Source of the DNA: an uncultured Chloroflexia bacterium
GTDB lineage: Bacteria > Chloroflexota > Limnocylindria > Limnocylindrales > CSP1-4
Length of the DNA: 64,000 nt
Assembly (NCBI GenBank): GCA_963828165.1
Contig: CAWHDR010000001.1
Span: forward strand, 2,208,001 to 2,272,000
Direction of reading: 5' to 3'
In this document: piece by piece, positions 1-9,869 of the stretch
How positions within the stretch are numbered: position 1 is the first letter of the stretch
Layout: every line of letters starts with the position of its first letter
Notes under the pieces: generated by a model
Database searches by the model: none
Seen by the model: the letters and a program-made list of their open reading frames with translations, nothing else
What the model was told of the DNA's origin: nothing
Made by a program: the position numbers and the translations under genes

Positions 1-41
1 GCCGCGCAGGACGCGGACGCGGCGCGCCAGGTCGCGGCCCG

Positions 42-827
42 ATGACCGGGACCGGCGGCACGATCCGCGTGGACGGGGTCGACCTGTCGTTCCCGGTCCG
101 CGGCGGGGGTCGCCTCCCCGTCCTCGATGGCATGACGCTCGACGTCGCCGGTGGCGGGATCGTGGCCCTCATCGGACCGAATGGCTGCGGCAAGTCAACG
201 CTCCTACGCGTGATCGCCGGGCTGCTCGCACCCCAGCGGGGCACGGTGACACTGGACACGGCTCGGATCGTGGAGCCCGACCCTCGGATCGGCCTGGTCT
301 TCCAGGAGCCGCGCCTGCTGCCGTGGCGATCGGCCGCTGACAACATCACGTATCCGCTGGAGCTGGCCGGCTGGCCGCCGACCCGCCGCTCGAAGCGCCT
401 GGCCGAGCTCGAGAAGCTCGTCTCACTCGACCCTAGGGTGAGGGGTAATCGGCCCGCCGAGCTCTCCGGCGGGACCCGTCAACGGGTCGCGCTCGCACGT
501 GCCCTCGCGCTCGAGCCCGAGGTGCTGCTCCTCGACGAGCCATTCAGCGCGCTCGATGCGCTGAGCCGCGAGCGGTTCGACCTGGAGCTGTTGGGGCTCT
601 GGGAGCGCGCCGCGTCGACGATCGTGCTGGTCACGCACAGCATCGCGGAAGCGATCCTCGTTGCGGATCGGATCGTCGTGATGTCGCCACGACCGGGACG
701 TGTGGTCGCGGACATCCCTGTTGAGCTGTCGCGTCCGCGCTCGATCGAAGACCTGGACGCCGCCGTCGTGTCCGAGACGGCACGCCAGGTTCGTCGACAC
801 CTCGGCGAGGGCGAGGTAGCGGCGTGA
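42..827 (+). CDS. ABC transporter ATP-binding protein, NitT/TauT family
   Basis: Walker A GPNGCGKS, signature LSGG, Walker B LLLDEPF, H-loop VTH; first gene of an ATPase-permease-SBP operon. Confidence 0.93.
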   Translation: MTGTGGTIRVDGVDLSFPVRGGGRLPVLDGMTLDVAGGGIVALIGPNGCGKSTLLRVIAGLLAPQRGTVTLDTARIVEPDPRIGLVFQEPRLLPWRSAADNITYPLELAGWPPTRRSKRLAELEKLVSLDPRVRGNRPAELSGGTRQRVALARALALEPEVLLLDEPFSALDALSRERFDLELLGLWERAASTIVLVTHSIAEAILVADRIVVMSPRPGRVVADIPVELSRPRSIEDLDAAVVSETARQVRRHLGEGEVAA

Positions 828-1573
828 GTTGGTCCAATTTTTGGTCGGTCGCGGCCGCCGCGATGGTGTTCGCTCTGACCTGGAACATGGTCGTCATCGT
901 CAGCGGGTTCCCGCCTTACATTCTTCCCCCGCCCACCGCGGTCGTCGGACGCTTCGTGTCGGCATGGGGCCAGGGGATCATCCAGCCGCATCTGCAGACG
1001 ACCCTCGTCGAGGTCGCGCTCGGTTTCGCGGTCGGCGCCAGTCTTGGGCTCATCGTCGGGTACGCGCTCGCGCGCAGCGCGCTGGTCGAACGGCTGGTCT
1101 CGCCCTATCTCGTGGCGGCCCAGGCGACGCCGATCCTCGCCTTCGCGCCGCTGATCGCCTTGTGGTTCGGGCCCGGTCTTGGAGGCAAGGTTGTCATCTG
1201 CTCGCTCATCGTGTTCTTCCCGGTCGCGGTCTCGACCATGGTCGGGATCCGGTCCGTCGATGCGGGCCTCCTGGAGTTGGGTCGGTCGCTTCGGGCGACC
1301 CGCCGCCAGATCCTGACGACGCTCGAGATCCCGGCCGCGCTCCCGTCGATCCTCGGGGGGATGCGGGTGGGGGTCACGCTGGCCGTGGTCGGCGCGATCG
1401 TCGGTGAATGGGCGGGTGCCGAACGCGGCCTCGGGGTGCTCGTCAATCTCGCCCGCGGGTCCCTCTTCGATATCCCGCTCATGTACGCCGCGCTCGTGAC
1501 CATCGCGACGATCGGGATCGTGCTCTACATCGCCGTCGTCCTCGTCGAGCGCCGCCTCGTCGGCGCCCGCTAG
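824..1573 (+). CDS. ABC transporter permease, NitT/TauT family (RibX-like)
   Basis: Multiple TM helices, EAA-like loop, GAIVGEW..AERGLG motif; GTGA overlap with the ATPase stop. Confidence 0.92.
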   Translation: MSWSNFWSVAAAAMVFALTWNMVVIVSGFPPYILPPPTAVVGRFVSAWGQGIIQPHLQTTLVEVALGFAVGASLGLIVGYALARSALVERLVSPYLVAAQATPILAFAPLIALWFGPGLGGKVVICSLIVFFPVAVSTMVGIRSVDAGLLELGRSLRATRRQILTTLEIPAALPSILGGMRVGVTLAVVGAIVGEWAGAERGLGVLVNLARGSLFDIPLMYAALVTIATIGIVLYIAVVLVERRLVGAR

Positions 1574-1591
1574 CCCCAGTCGGAGGATTCC

Positions 1592-2749
1592 GTGTCATCA
1601 AGAAATCGCCCCCTCGTCCTCGTGGCTGCTGCCGTGATCGCGCTCGTCGCCGTCCTGGTGCTCATCCCTCGCGGTACGCCGTCCGGCGAACCCGGCACCA
1701 GCGGGCCGATCCCCACGTGTCCTGGTGATATCGACCGGACGACGCCGTCCGCGTCCTGCCCCGCCGAGGCATCGGGCTCGGTCGGGCCGAGCGACGAACC
1801 CAGCGCCGGCGCGAGCGACGAGCCGAGCCAGGAGCCCGTCGCGCTGACTGTCGGCCTCGGGTTCATCCCGAGTGTCCAGTTCGCCCCGTTCTACTTGGCC
1901 GACCAGGCCGGCTACTACGCGGAAGCCGGTGTCGACGTCGAGTTCCAGAACAAGATCGACCCGGATCTCGTCACGCTCGTCGGACAGGGCTCCATCGACA
2001 TCGGGCTGGCCGACGGGACGAGCGTCATCCCGGCGGTCAGCCAGGGCATCCCGATCAAGTACGTGGCCACGATCTACGGCCAGTTCCCCTCGATCGTGTT
2101 CTCGAAGGCATCGACCGGGATCAGGACGGCGGCGGACCTCGCCGGGAAGAAGGTCGGGATCCCAGGGCGATTCGGGTCGTCCTGGATCATGCTCCAGGCG
2201 CTGCTCGCCGACGCCGACCTCACGCCCGAGGACGTCGAGATCGTCGAGTACCCGGACTTCGGGCAGGGTGCCGCCGTGTCCCAGGGGGCGGTGGCTGCCG
2301 CGACCGGGTTCGCGAACAACGAGCCCGTCCAACTGGAGTTGACCGGGGAGGAGGTCACGGTCCTGCGCGTCGACGACATCGTGCCGCTTCCGGGCAACGG
2401 GTTGATCGTGGGCAACTCGACGCTCGAATCGAAGTCCGACGCCATCGCCGGGTTCATCGCGGCCACCCTGCGCGCGATGGAGGACATCGCCGAGAAGCCC
2501 CAGGTCGGGCTCGATGCGGCCTTCACGGCCGTCCCGGAGCTCGGCTCGGCCCCCGAGGTGCAGGCCGCGATCCTCGATGCCACGATCGAGGTGTGGAAAG
2601 GGCCGGCACAGGAGGCGCGCGGGTTCGGGGCCATCGAGCCCGCGGACTGGGAGCAGTCGATCGCGTATCTCCAGACGCTCGATCTGGTGCCGAACCCGGT
2701 CACGGTCGACGACGTCATCGAGACCGGCCTGTTGCCGGCACAGGACTGA
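1592..2749 (+). CDS. ABC substrate-binding protein, NMT1/THI5 family (RibY-like; riboflavin or pyrimidine-type ligand possible)
   Basis: N-terminal membrane anchor, GLGFIPSVQFAPFYLA and DLAGKKVG motifs; GGAGG RBS before GTG. Confidence 0.85.
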   Translation: MSSRNRPLVLVAAAVIALVAVLVLIPRGTPSGEPGTSGPIPTCPGDIDRTTPSASCPAEASGSVGPSDEPSAGASDEPSQEPVALTVGLGFIPSVQFAPFYLADQAGYYAEAGVDVEFQNKIDPDLVTLVGQGSIDIGLADGTSVIPAVSQGIPIKYVATIYGQFPSIVFSKASTGIRTAADLAGKKVGIPGRFGSSWIMLQALLADADLTPEDVEIVEYPDFGQGAAVSQGAVAAATGFANNEPVQLELTGEEVTVLRVDDIVPLPGNGLIVGNSTLESKSDAIAGFIAATLRAMEDIAEKPQVGLDAAFTAVPELGSAPEVQAAILDATIEVWKGPAQEARGFGAIEPADWEQSIAYLQTLDLVPNPVTVDDVIETGLLPAQD

Positions 2750-2754
2750 CGGCC

Positions 2755-4287
2755 GTGCTCGGTGGGGTCCGGCCGACGGCGGCACGGCGGTCCTGGTGGC
2801 TCCGCGAGTCTCTCGCCGCGGAAGAGGCCGCCGCACCCCATCTGGCCGCGGCCGCGCCACCGTTGCGTGGCACCACGACGGCCGACGTCGTCATCGTCGG
2901 CGGCGGCTACACGGGCCTGTGGACCGCGCTGCACCTGACGGAGCTCGAGCCGTCGGCCAGGATCGTGCTGATCGAATCCGACATCTGTGGCGGTGGGCCG
3001 TCCGGGCGGAACGGCGGGTTCGTCACGAACTGGTGGGATGAGCTTCCGACGCTCATCGACCGCTACGGCGTGCCGGGTGCGATCGGCGTCGGTGAAGCGA
3101 TGGAGGCGGCCGTCGACGAGGTCGGCACGTTCTGTGCCACGAACGACGTGGACGCCTGGTTCACGAAGGCGGGGTCGCTGTCGGCGAGCGCGGCGTCGGC
3201 GCAGGACGGTGGCTGGATGCCGGCCGTGACCGCGCTCCGCGACCACGGTCTGGGCGACCGTCTCGTGCCGTTGACGGCGGACGAGGTCCGGGCGCGTGTC
3301 CGATCACCGGTGTTTCGCGACGGGGTGTTCATGCCGGGGGCGGCCACCGTCCAACCGGCGACGCTGGCCCGCGGGCTGCGGCGCGTGCTACTCGAACGTG
3401 GCGTCACCATCCACGAGGGCACCAGCGCGACCGAGATCGACGGTCAGCGGCCCGGTTGGCTCGGCGCCCTGGGTGCCGGGACCCGTCGTGCACCACGCCG
3501 CCGCGGCGCGGCCGGCGGACCGCGACCCGTCCGGGTGCGAACGATGTCGACGGCTGGCGACGGCGAGGTGCTCGCGGGATCGGCGGTCCTGGGGCTCAAC
3601 GCCTGGGCAGGAGCCTGGCCGTGGTTCGGACCGCGCCTCGTCACGTGGTCGTCGTACATCGTCCTCACCGAGCCCATCCCCGATCTCCTCGCCGACATCG
3701 GCTGGACCGGTGGCGAGGGCGTCGCCGACGCCAGGTTCACGCTCCATTACCTGAGGACGACACCGGACGGACGGATCGCGATCGGCGGCGGTGGCGGTCG
3801 GGCCGGGTTCGCCGGTCGGATCGGACCCGCGTTCACGGATGCGGCGGCCGATGCGAGTCGGGCTGCCGCGGGACTGCGTCGGCTGTTCCCGTCGCTTCGT
3901 GACGTGCGCATCGAGGACGCCTGGGGCGGGCCGATCGATATCAGCGCTGACCATCTGCCCTGGTTCGGGTCGGTGCGCGGTCGCCCCATCCACTATGGCC
4001 ACGGGTACAGCGGCAACGGCGTCGGGCCGGCCGTCGTCGGGGGACGGATCCTCGCGGCGCGGGCGGTCGAGCGCAGGGACGACCCGGCGCTCGCCCTGGC
4101 GATCGCAGACGGACGGCCGCCGCGGCCCTTCCCACCGGAGCCCGCGAGCTACCTTGGCGCGCGGCTGATCCGCGAGGCCGCCGTCCGGCGCGAATCGATG
4201 GAGGAACGTGGCGAGAAGCCCGGATTCGTGCTTCGCGAGGTCAGCCGGCTGCCCAGGCGGCTGGGCTATCACCTGGGGCCCGAGTAG
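2755..4287 (+). CDS. FAD-dependent oxidoreductase, DAO/PuuB-like
   Basis: GGGYTG dinucleotide motif, SGRNGG, WGGPID, GYSGNGVG; start approximate (GTG 2755 or CTG 2746). Confidence 0.85.
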   Translation: MLGGVRPTAARRSWWLRESLAAEEAAAPHLAAAAPPLRGTTTADVVIVGGGYTGLWTALHLTELEPSARIVLIESDICGGGPSGRNGGFVTNWWDELPTLIDRYGVPGAIGVGEAMEAAVDEVGTFCATNDVDAWFTKAGSLSASAASAQDGGWMPAVTALRDHGLGDRLVPLTADEVRARVRSPVFRDGVFMPGAATVQPATLARGLRRVLLERGVTIHEGTSATEIDGQRPGWLGALGAGTRRAPRRRGAAGGPRPVRVRTMSTAGDGEVLAGSAVLGLNAWAGAWPWFGPRLVTWSSYIVLTEPIPDLLADIGWTGGEGVADARFTLHYLRTTPDGRIAIGGGGGRAGFAGRIGPAFTDAAADASRAAAGLRRLFPSLRDVRIEDAWGGPIDISADHLPWFGSVRGRPIHYGHGYSGNGVGPAVVGGRILAARAVERRDDPALALAIADGRPPRPFPPEPASYLGARLIREAAVRRESMEERGEKPGFVLREVSRLPRRLGYHLGPE

Positions 4288-4396
4288 CGCCGTTCGGGCT
4301 CCACCGGCGAACCCGTCCGGAGCAGAAATCGGCCAAATCGGCTATCGTTGGTACTCCCCGCCGCACCTGACGTACCTCGCTGTGCAGGAGTCCCCG

Positions 4397-4585
4397 TTGA
4401 ACAGTCGCCCGCCCGTCAAGCCTGCCATCGCCAACGAGCCCTTCAAGCACGTGATCGATGAGTACAAGCACCAAGCTCAGACGATCACCTGCACGTGCGG
4501 CTGGCACGGTAGCTCGGCGACGATCGATCGCGCCGGCTCCGAGTGGACGGCCCACCTCATCGAGGTTCGCGGCAAGAAGCGCTGA
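4397..4585 (+). CDS. Small protein (62 aa) with CxCGW...H putative metal-binding motif
   Basis: AGGAG RBS 4386-4390, TTG start, followed directly by an intrinsic terminator. Confidence 0.6.
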   Translation: MNSRPPVKPAIANEPFKHVIDEYKHQAQTITCTCGWHGSSATIDRAGSEWTAHLIEVRGKKR

Positions 4586-4607
4586 GCCCGAATACCGAAC
4601 GGACGAC

Positions 4608-4638
4608 GACCCGGATCGACCGATCCGGGTCTTTCTTT
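4608..4638 (+). terminator. Rho-independent terminator
   Basis: GACCCGGATCG/CGATCCGGGTC inverted repeat followed by TTTCTTT. Confidence 0.8.
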
Positions 4639-4692
4639 GCCCGTGGCAGGGTCGCCGGTCGGCGACGTCGAACGCCTGCTAGCCTGTCGCGC

Positions 4693-6018
4693 GTGGACCT
4701 GCCTCAGAGCCCGCCATTCGCGCTCCGCGGTCGCCTCCTGACGCCCCTCGACGACGGCGGCACGACGTACGAGGCCAACGGGCTCCTGGTGGTGGACGGC
4801 TCCGGCCGGATCGCCTTCGCCGGCCCCGCCGATGCTCGGCCGGAGGAGGCGTCCGGTGCCATCGATCTGCGGCGATGGCTCCTCCTCCCTGGCATGGTCG
4901 ACCTGCACGCCCACCTGCCCCAGCTCCCGAACGCCGGTCTGGGCGCCGGCCTCGACCTGCTGACGTGGCTCGAGCGGTACATCTTTCCGCTGGAGCGTGC
5001 CTTCGATGCGGCGGCAGCCGAGCGGCTGGCCCCGGCCGCCTGGCGCGCCTTTGCGGGCGCGGGCACGACGACCGCGATGGTCTACGGAGCGGTCTACGAA
5101 GCGAGCCTGGACGCCACGTTCCGTGCGGCCGAGGCGCACGGGATCCGGGCCATCGTGGGCAAGGTGATGATGGACCGGGGGACCTACGACCCGACGATCG
5201 ACCCCAAGGTCATCCTCGATCAGAGCCTGGCCGAATCCGCGCGGCTGATCGATCGATGGCATGGGGCCGACGACGGCCGCCTCCGGTACGCGGTCACGCC
5301 GCGGTTCGCCATCACCTGCACGGCCGACCTGCTCCGCGAGTCCGCCGCGCTCGCCACCAGCACCGGGGCCTACTGGCAGACGCACGTGTCGGAAGACCGT
5401 GGCGAGATCGCGGAAGTCGCCCGGCTCTTCCCGGACGCCATCGATTACGTCGACGTCTACGACCGCGCCGGAGGGCTCGGAGAGCAGACCGTGCTCGCGC
5501 ACGCCGTTCATCTCTCCGATCGGGAGCTCGGGCGTCTGGTCGAAACCGGAACACGGATCGCCCATTGCCCCGTGTCGAACCTGTTCCTGGCGTCGGGGAT
5601 GATGCCACTGGGCCGGTACCTCGATGCGGGCATGAGCCTGGGGCTGGGCTCGGACGTCGCCGGGGGTCCGGACCTCTCGATCTTCACGGTCATGCGGACC
5701 GGCTTCTACGTGCAGAACGCCCGTCGCGTGGCCGGCGTCGAGGAGGGACGCATTCTCACGCCGTTGGACTGGCTGCGCCTTGGATCGCTGGGAGGAGCGC
5801 AGGCGCTGGGCCTCGGCGAGGTCATCGGCTCGCTGGAGGCCGGCAAGGAAGCCGACGTGATCGCGGTCGACCCGGCCTTCACGGCGCCGGTCCCGGGCGT
5901 GGAAGACGACGAGGCCGCGGACATCGCGAGTCGGATGATCTTCCGCTCACACCCCGACATGGTCCGAGCCGCCTGGGTCCGCGGCCGTCGCCTGGAGGGA
6001 CCCGGAGCTCGCGGGTGA
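4693..6018 (+). CDS. guaD: Guanine deaminase
   Basis: Amidohydrolase motifs DLHAHLPQ, WLERYIFPLE, TPRFA, QTHVSE, HCPVSNLFLASG, GSDVAGG; TAGCCT -10 box 7 nt before GTG. Confidence 0.9.
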   Translation: MDLPQSPPFALRGRLLTPLDDGGTTYEANGLLVVDGSGRIAFAGPADARPEEASGAIDLRRWLLLPGMVDLHAHLPQLPNAGLGAGLDLLTWLERYIFPLERAFDAAAAERLAPAAWRAFAGAGTTTAMVYGAVYEASLDATFRAAEAHGIRAIVGKVMMDRGTYDPTIDPKVILDQSLAESARLIDRWHGADDGRLRYAVTPRFAITCTADLLRESAALATSTGAYWQTHVSEDRGEIAEVARLFPDAIDYVDVYDRAGGLGEQTVLAHAVHLSDRELGRLVETGTRIAHCPVSNLFLASGMMPLGRYLDAGMSLGLGSDVAGGPDLSIFTVMRTGFYVQNARRVAGVEEGRILTPLDWLRLGSLGGAQALGLGEVIGSLEAGKEADVIAVDPAFTAPVPGVEDDEAADIASRMIFRSHPDMVRAAWVRGRRLEGPGARG

Positions 6019-6027
6019 CGGACGTTT

Positions 6028-6185
6028 CGCGGTCCACGTGCACCGGGCGCTCCTATCGTCGAACGGACCTTGCCCCGATGCCCGTTTGTGCGCTCAGTGC
6101 ACGCCACCTCGGCTGAACGCTCGGATCGGCCCGCTAGCCGGGCTCGGTCGACGGTCCGTCCGACGATAGCGTCGTGGGATGCACG
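6028..6185. repeat. Palindromic repeat unit, family 1, left copy
   Basis: Ungapped imperfect direct repeat of 6968-7125 (offset 940); internal inverted arms CGTGCA...CTATCGTCGAACGGA and TCCGTCCGACGATAG...TGCACG. Confidence 0.88.
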
Positions 6186-6213
6186 GAAAGAGGCTGGCGG
6201 GCCCTCGGGTCGC

Positions 6214-6885
6214 CTATAGGAAGATCAGGGCCGAACCGCCCGGATGCTCGCCGCGGCTTAGTGCCGCCAGGGCGCGGCGGGCACTGATCGGGAAACGATC
6301 CGCGAGCGCCGCCGCGGCCGTGGCGATGGCGGCTCGGTTGGCGGGTGTGTCGGAGATCACGACGATGATGTGCTCGATCTCGGCGTCGCGAGCCTTCCGT
6401 TCGATTCGGCGGAACTGGGCCTGGGTGTCATGGATCCGAGTCTCGGCCTCCGCTGGGATGATGCGGTCGCGGTCGTTGGCGCTTCGAAGGCCACCGACGA
6501 CGCTGTCCCACGCCCGCAGGTCGTTCGCGATCGGCAGCGGGACTTCTATCCGGAAAGTCAGATCGGGATGCAAGCGAGCACGGAAGCGCGACAGGAGGGC
6601 TGCTTGAGCGGCATCGCGGATCGGATCCGGTCCGGGGTAGGCGCGAATCCGGACGTCCAGCCCGACGACCGCTCCGATCCGACCTAGCTGGACAGCCGTT
6701 ACCGCATCATGCCTCGACCGCTCGATCCGTCCGACCTGGGAACCAGACATCCCGACCGCGCGACCGACCTCTTCGAGTGTTAGTCCTGCGGTCAGCCGCG
6801 CTGCACGAAGATCAGAGCCCATCGAGACGAGATCCCGCTGGACGGTCCTGGTGCCCCGATCGACGACCCTCTCCTTGGCTGGCAT
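6214..6885 (-). CDS. XRE-family HTH fused to PD-(D/E)XK/DUF559-like putative nuclease domain (paralog 1)
   Basis: LRAARLTAGLTLEEVGRAVGMSGSQVGRIE HTH; C-terminal EVP...AWD...EAE acidic motif; homologous to 42819-43571; start ATG 6885 or TTG 6900. Confidence 0.75.
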   Translation of the reverse strand: MPAKERVVDRGTRTVQRDLVSMGSDLRAARLTAGLTLEEVGRAVGMSGSQVGRIERSRHDAVTAVQLGRIGAVVGLDVRIRAYPGPDPIRDAAQAALLSRFRARLHPDLTFRIEVPLPIANDLRAWDSVVGGLRSANDRDRIIPAEAETRIHDTQAQFRRIERKARDAEIEHIIVVISDTPANRAAIATAAAALADRFPISARRALAALSRGEHPGGSALIFL

Positions 6886-6927
6886 GACCACAGTCTGCAA
6901 CTGAGCCCTCTACGTCGGCTTATCCAT

Positions 6928-7125
6928 GTGCATCAGGTGCCCTACCGGCGAACGGATGCGCGCAGCCCGCGATCTACGTGCACCGGGTGCTCCTATCGTC
7001 GAACGGCTCCGGTCCCGATGCCTGTTTGTGCAGCGGGTGCACGCCACCAACACGGAACCTGCCGGAATCCGCCGGACTTTCCACTCGCTCAGCGTTCCTT
7101 CGACGATAGCGTCGTGGGGTGCACG
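6928..7125. repeat. Palindromic repeat unit, family 1, right copy plus an extra box
   Basis: 6976-7006 matches 6036-6066 at 30/31; 7101-7125 matches 6161-6185 at 24/25; 15-bp GTGCAC-N3-GTGCAC-like boxes at 6928, 6978, 7028. Confidence 0.88.
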
Positions 7126-7164
7126 TGCACCGCCGGCGTGACCCCAACGCGCTAAGGTCCGGGC

Positions 7165-8766
7165 ATGAGTGACAGCGTCGATCTCCTGATCACGAGCGGC
7201 GCGGTCGTGGACGGCACGGGCGCGCCGCCACGACCCGGCACGGTGGTCGTCGAGGGCGACCGGATGCGGCTGCTCCCCGGGGACGCGCCGCTCCCTGAGC
7301 ACGTCGGGCGGCGCATCGACGCCACCGGCAAGGTCGTCGCGCCCGGGTTCATCGACCTGCACAGCCATGGCGGCCTGGTCATCCTCGCCGAGCCGCGCCA
7401 CGAACCCAAGGTCCGCCAGGGCGTCACGACCGAGATCGTCGGGGTCGACGGCAACGGCTTCGCCCCGTTCGAGACCCGGGAGGACCTGCTCGACTTCGTC
7501 GACCTCGATTCGGGGCTCGACGGCCGGCCCGACCTCGACTACGACTGGCGCACGGTCGCCGACTATCTCGCCCGCTACGACGGCACGGTCAGCCTCAACG
7601 TCGGGACCCTGGTCGGTAACTCGCAGCTCAGGATCGGCGCGCTGGGCTGGGACGACGTCCCGGCCGGTGATGGAGCCATCGATCGCATGCGCGGCATCCT
7701 GCGCGACGCGCTGGCCGAAGGCGCGGTAGGCCTCTCAAGCGGTCTCGACTACCCGCCGGGGAGCTACGCCACCACCGAGGAGCTCGCCGCGCTGACACGG
7801 ACCGCGGGCGAGGCCGGCGGCTTCTATCACACCCACGTCCGGTACCAGCTCGGCGATCGCTACCTCGACCCGTTCAAGGAAGCCATCGACATCGGACGCC
7901 GTGCCGGCGCACCTGCACACATCACGCACTTCTATCACCGCCAGACCCATCCAGGTGGCCCGGAGGCCCTCATCGCCCTGGTCGACGATGCGCGCGCCGG
8001 CGGCCTCGACGTCACGTTCGACACCTACCCGTCGGAGTGGGCGAGCACGCGGCTCCTCATCCAGCTTCCAGGCTGGATCCAGGAAGGCGGACCGAGGCCG
8101 CTCAAGCAACGCCTCGCCGACCGAGCTGCCCGCGATCGCCTGCGCGAAGAATTCTCGGCTCGCGGCGCGGCCTACACGGGACCGGGTGGCTGGGCGGACC
8201 TGCGCCTGGGCGCGTTCCACCGCCCCGATCTCCTGCGCTGGGAATCGATGACCATGGCGGACGTGATGGATGAGACGGGCAAGGACGCCGTCGACGTCAT
8301 CTGCGATCTGCTGCTGGCCGAAGACCTCGGCGTCAACCAGGTCACGAGCGGGCCGTGGTCCGAGACGCTGCGCGACTTCGTCAAGCATCCGGTCGGGATG
8401 GTTGGCACGGATTCCACGTTCATCGGTGCCAAGCCGAGCCCGCGGACCTACGGTTCATTCCCACGGATCCTTGGTCAGTTCGTGCGCGACGAAGGCCTCC
8501 TGAGCCTCGAGCAAGCCATCCACAAGATGACCGGTGCAGCCGCGGCCCGCCTGGGCCTCAAGCAGCGCGGAACGATCCGCGACGGTGCCTACGCCGACTT
8601 GGTCGTCTTCGATCCGGCGGAGGTTCGAAGCAACGCCACGTACGACGACCCGCGCCGCTTCCCGAGCGGCATCGACCATGTCGTGGTCAATGGCACCCTC
8701 GTCGTGGACAGCGGCACCCACACCGGCGCGTTCCCAGGACGTGGGATCCGCCTCGGGGCCGACTGA
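7165..8766 (+). CDS. N-acyl-D-amino-acid deacylase family amidohydrolase
   Basis: APGFIDLHSH, QGVTTEIVG, SSGLDYPPG, PRTYGSFPRILG, ADLVVFDP motifs; TAAGGT-N6-ATG. Confidence 0.9.
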   Translation: MSDSVDLLITSGAVVDGTGAPPRPGTVVVEGDRMRLLPGDAPLPEHVGRRIDATGKVVAPGFIDLHSHGGLVILAEPRHEPKVRQGVTTEIVGVDGNGFAPFETREDLLDFVDLDSGLDGRPDLDYDWRTVADYLARYDGTVSLNVGTLVGNSQLRIGALGWDDVPAGDGAIDRMRGILRDALAEGAVGLSSGLDYPPGSYATTEELAALTRTAGEAGGFYHTHVRYQLGDRYLDPFKEAIDIGRRAGAPAHITHFYHRQTHPGGPEALIALVDDARAGGLDVTFDTYPSEWASTRLLIQLPGWIQEGGPRPLKQRLADRAARDRLREEFSARGAAYTGPGGWADLRLGAFHRPDLLRWESMTMADVMDETGKDAVDVICDLLLAEDLGVNQVTSGPWSETLRDFVKHPVGMVGTDSTFIGAKPSPRTYGSFPRILGQFVRDEGLLSLEQAIHKMTGAAAARLGLKQRGTIRDGAYADLVVFDPAEVRSNATYDDPRRFPSGIDHVVVNGTLVVDSGTHTGAFPGRGIRLGAD

Positions 8767-8772
8767 TCGCGT

Positions 8773-9645
8773 TCAGCCTTCGCTGGCTTTACGGGCATCG
8801 CGCCGAAGCTCCACGTACATCCGCTCCGTCGCGAGCCGCTGCGCATCGATCAGGGTCGGCTCGCCGTCGGTGCCGGCCCAGCCGACCGCGAGGGTGAGGG
8901 CGATGGCGCCGGATTCGAGCCACAGCTCGCACGCTCGACGCACCCGTTCGACGTAGTTGATGGCCGCGACCTCGTCGGTCTCGGGCAGGAGGATGCCGAA
9001 GCGACCGGGCGCCAGCCGCGCCACGAGGTCGACGTCGCGGGCAAGCCGGCGCAACGTGTCCGCCAACGCCGGAACGACGCGATCGGCGGCGTCGGCTCCC
9101 AGCCGGCCCACGAGGCGATCGAGCCCGCCAAGCTCGAAGATGACGACGGTCGCCGGCCGGTGATAGCGATGGATCCGGAGATCCTCGGCGGCGATCAAGC
9201 GGGTGAACGCCGCCTGGTCGAGCAGGCCCGTCAGCGCGTCTTTGCCCGCCGCCGGTTCGACCGGTGCCGGTTCGGAGGCGGGTTCGCCCTTCGGCTCGAT
9301 GCTCGCGTCGGTGTCCGGGGAGGCCTCGGTCTCCACGAGCGCGGCAGCGGGAAGTGCGGCCATATCGCGAGGATCGCTCCGGTCGCCATCGCGGCTCCCC
9401 TCCGGTCCCGCGGAATCCGCAGCCCCGCCATTCGATGCTCCATCCGACGTCCAGGTCGACCGCCCCGACTCGTCGACGAACGAGCTGGACATGAGGCTGC
9501 TCTGCAGGACCGATCGGGTCGTGGCCGGGCTGGCGTTCTTCGTGCGGCTCATTCGACCCGCGTAGACGACCAGCACCAGGAGCACGGTGTTCGCGACGAT
9601 GGCGGCCAGGAGGACTGGCAGCAGGATGTCCTGCGTGACTTCCAT
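8773..9645 (-). CDS. Membrane-anchored degenerate GGDEF-domain protein
   Basis: N-terminal TM helix, DALTGLL, GADAAD; active-site loop reads RLAPGRF instead of RLGGDEF. Confidence 0.8.
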   Translation of the reverse strand: MEVTQDILLPVLLAAIVANTVLLVLVVYAGRMSRTKNASPATTRSVLQSSLMSSSFVDESGRSTWTSDGASNGGAADSAGPEGSRDGDRSDPRDMAALPAAALVETEASPDTDASIEPKGEPASEPAPVEPAAGKDALTGLLDQAAFTRLIAAEDLRIHRYHRPATVVIFELGGLDRLVGRLGADAADRVVPALADTLRRLARDVDLVARLAPGRFGILLPETDEVAAINYVERVRRACELWLESGAIALTLAVGWAGTDGEPTLIDAQRLATERMYVELRRDARKASEG

Positions 9646-9869
9646 GGGTTCGAGTCCTTGATGAGTGCCTAAGAACCTTGATGAGTGCGAAGAAAGAGCG
9701 ATCAGGCGGCCGATGATAGGTCCGCGGCCCGCGAATGTGACCATCGGATGACCCATTCGGGCCACGTTGTCGGTGCGACATGGCACCGCGACCGACGGGT
9801 CCAGAGCGGTCCGGGGCGGTATGTCACGGTCCGGTGGACCCGCCACCCCGGGTGGTATCGTCGTGCGCC

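Noticed and set aside
6028-7125. Integron attC-flanked gene cassette
   Set aside because: No RYYYAAC/GTTRRRY core sites at the hairpin ends and no integrase in the window.
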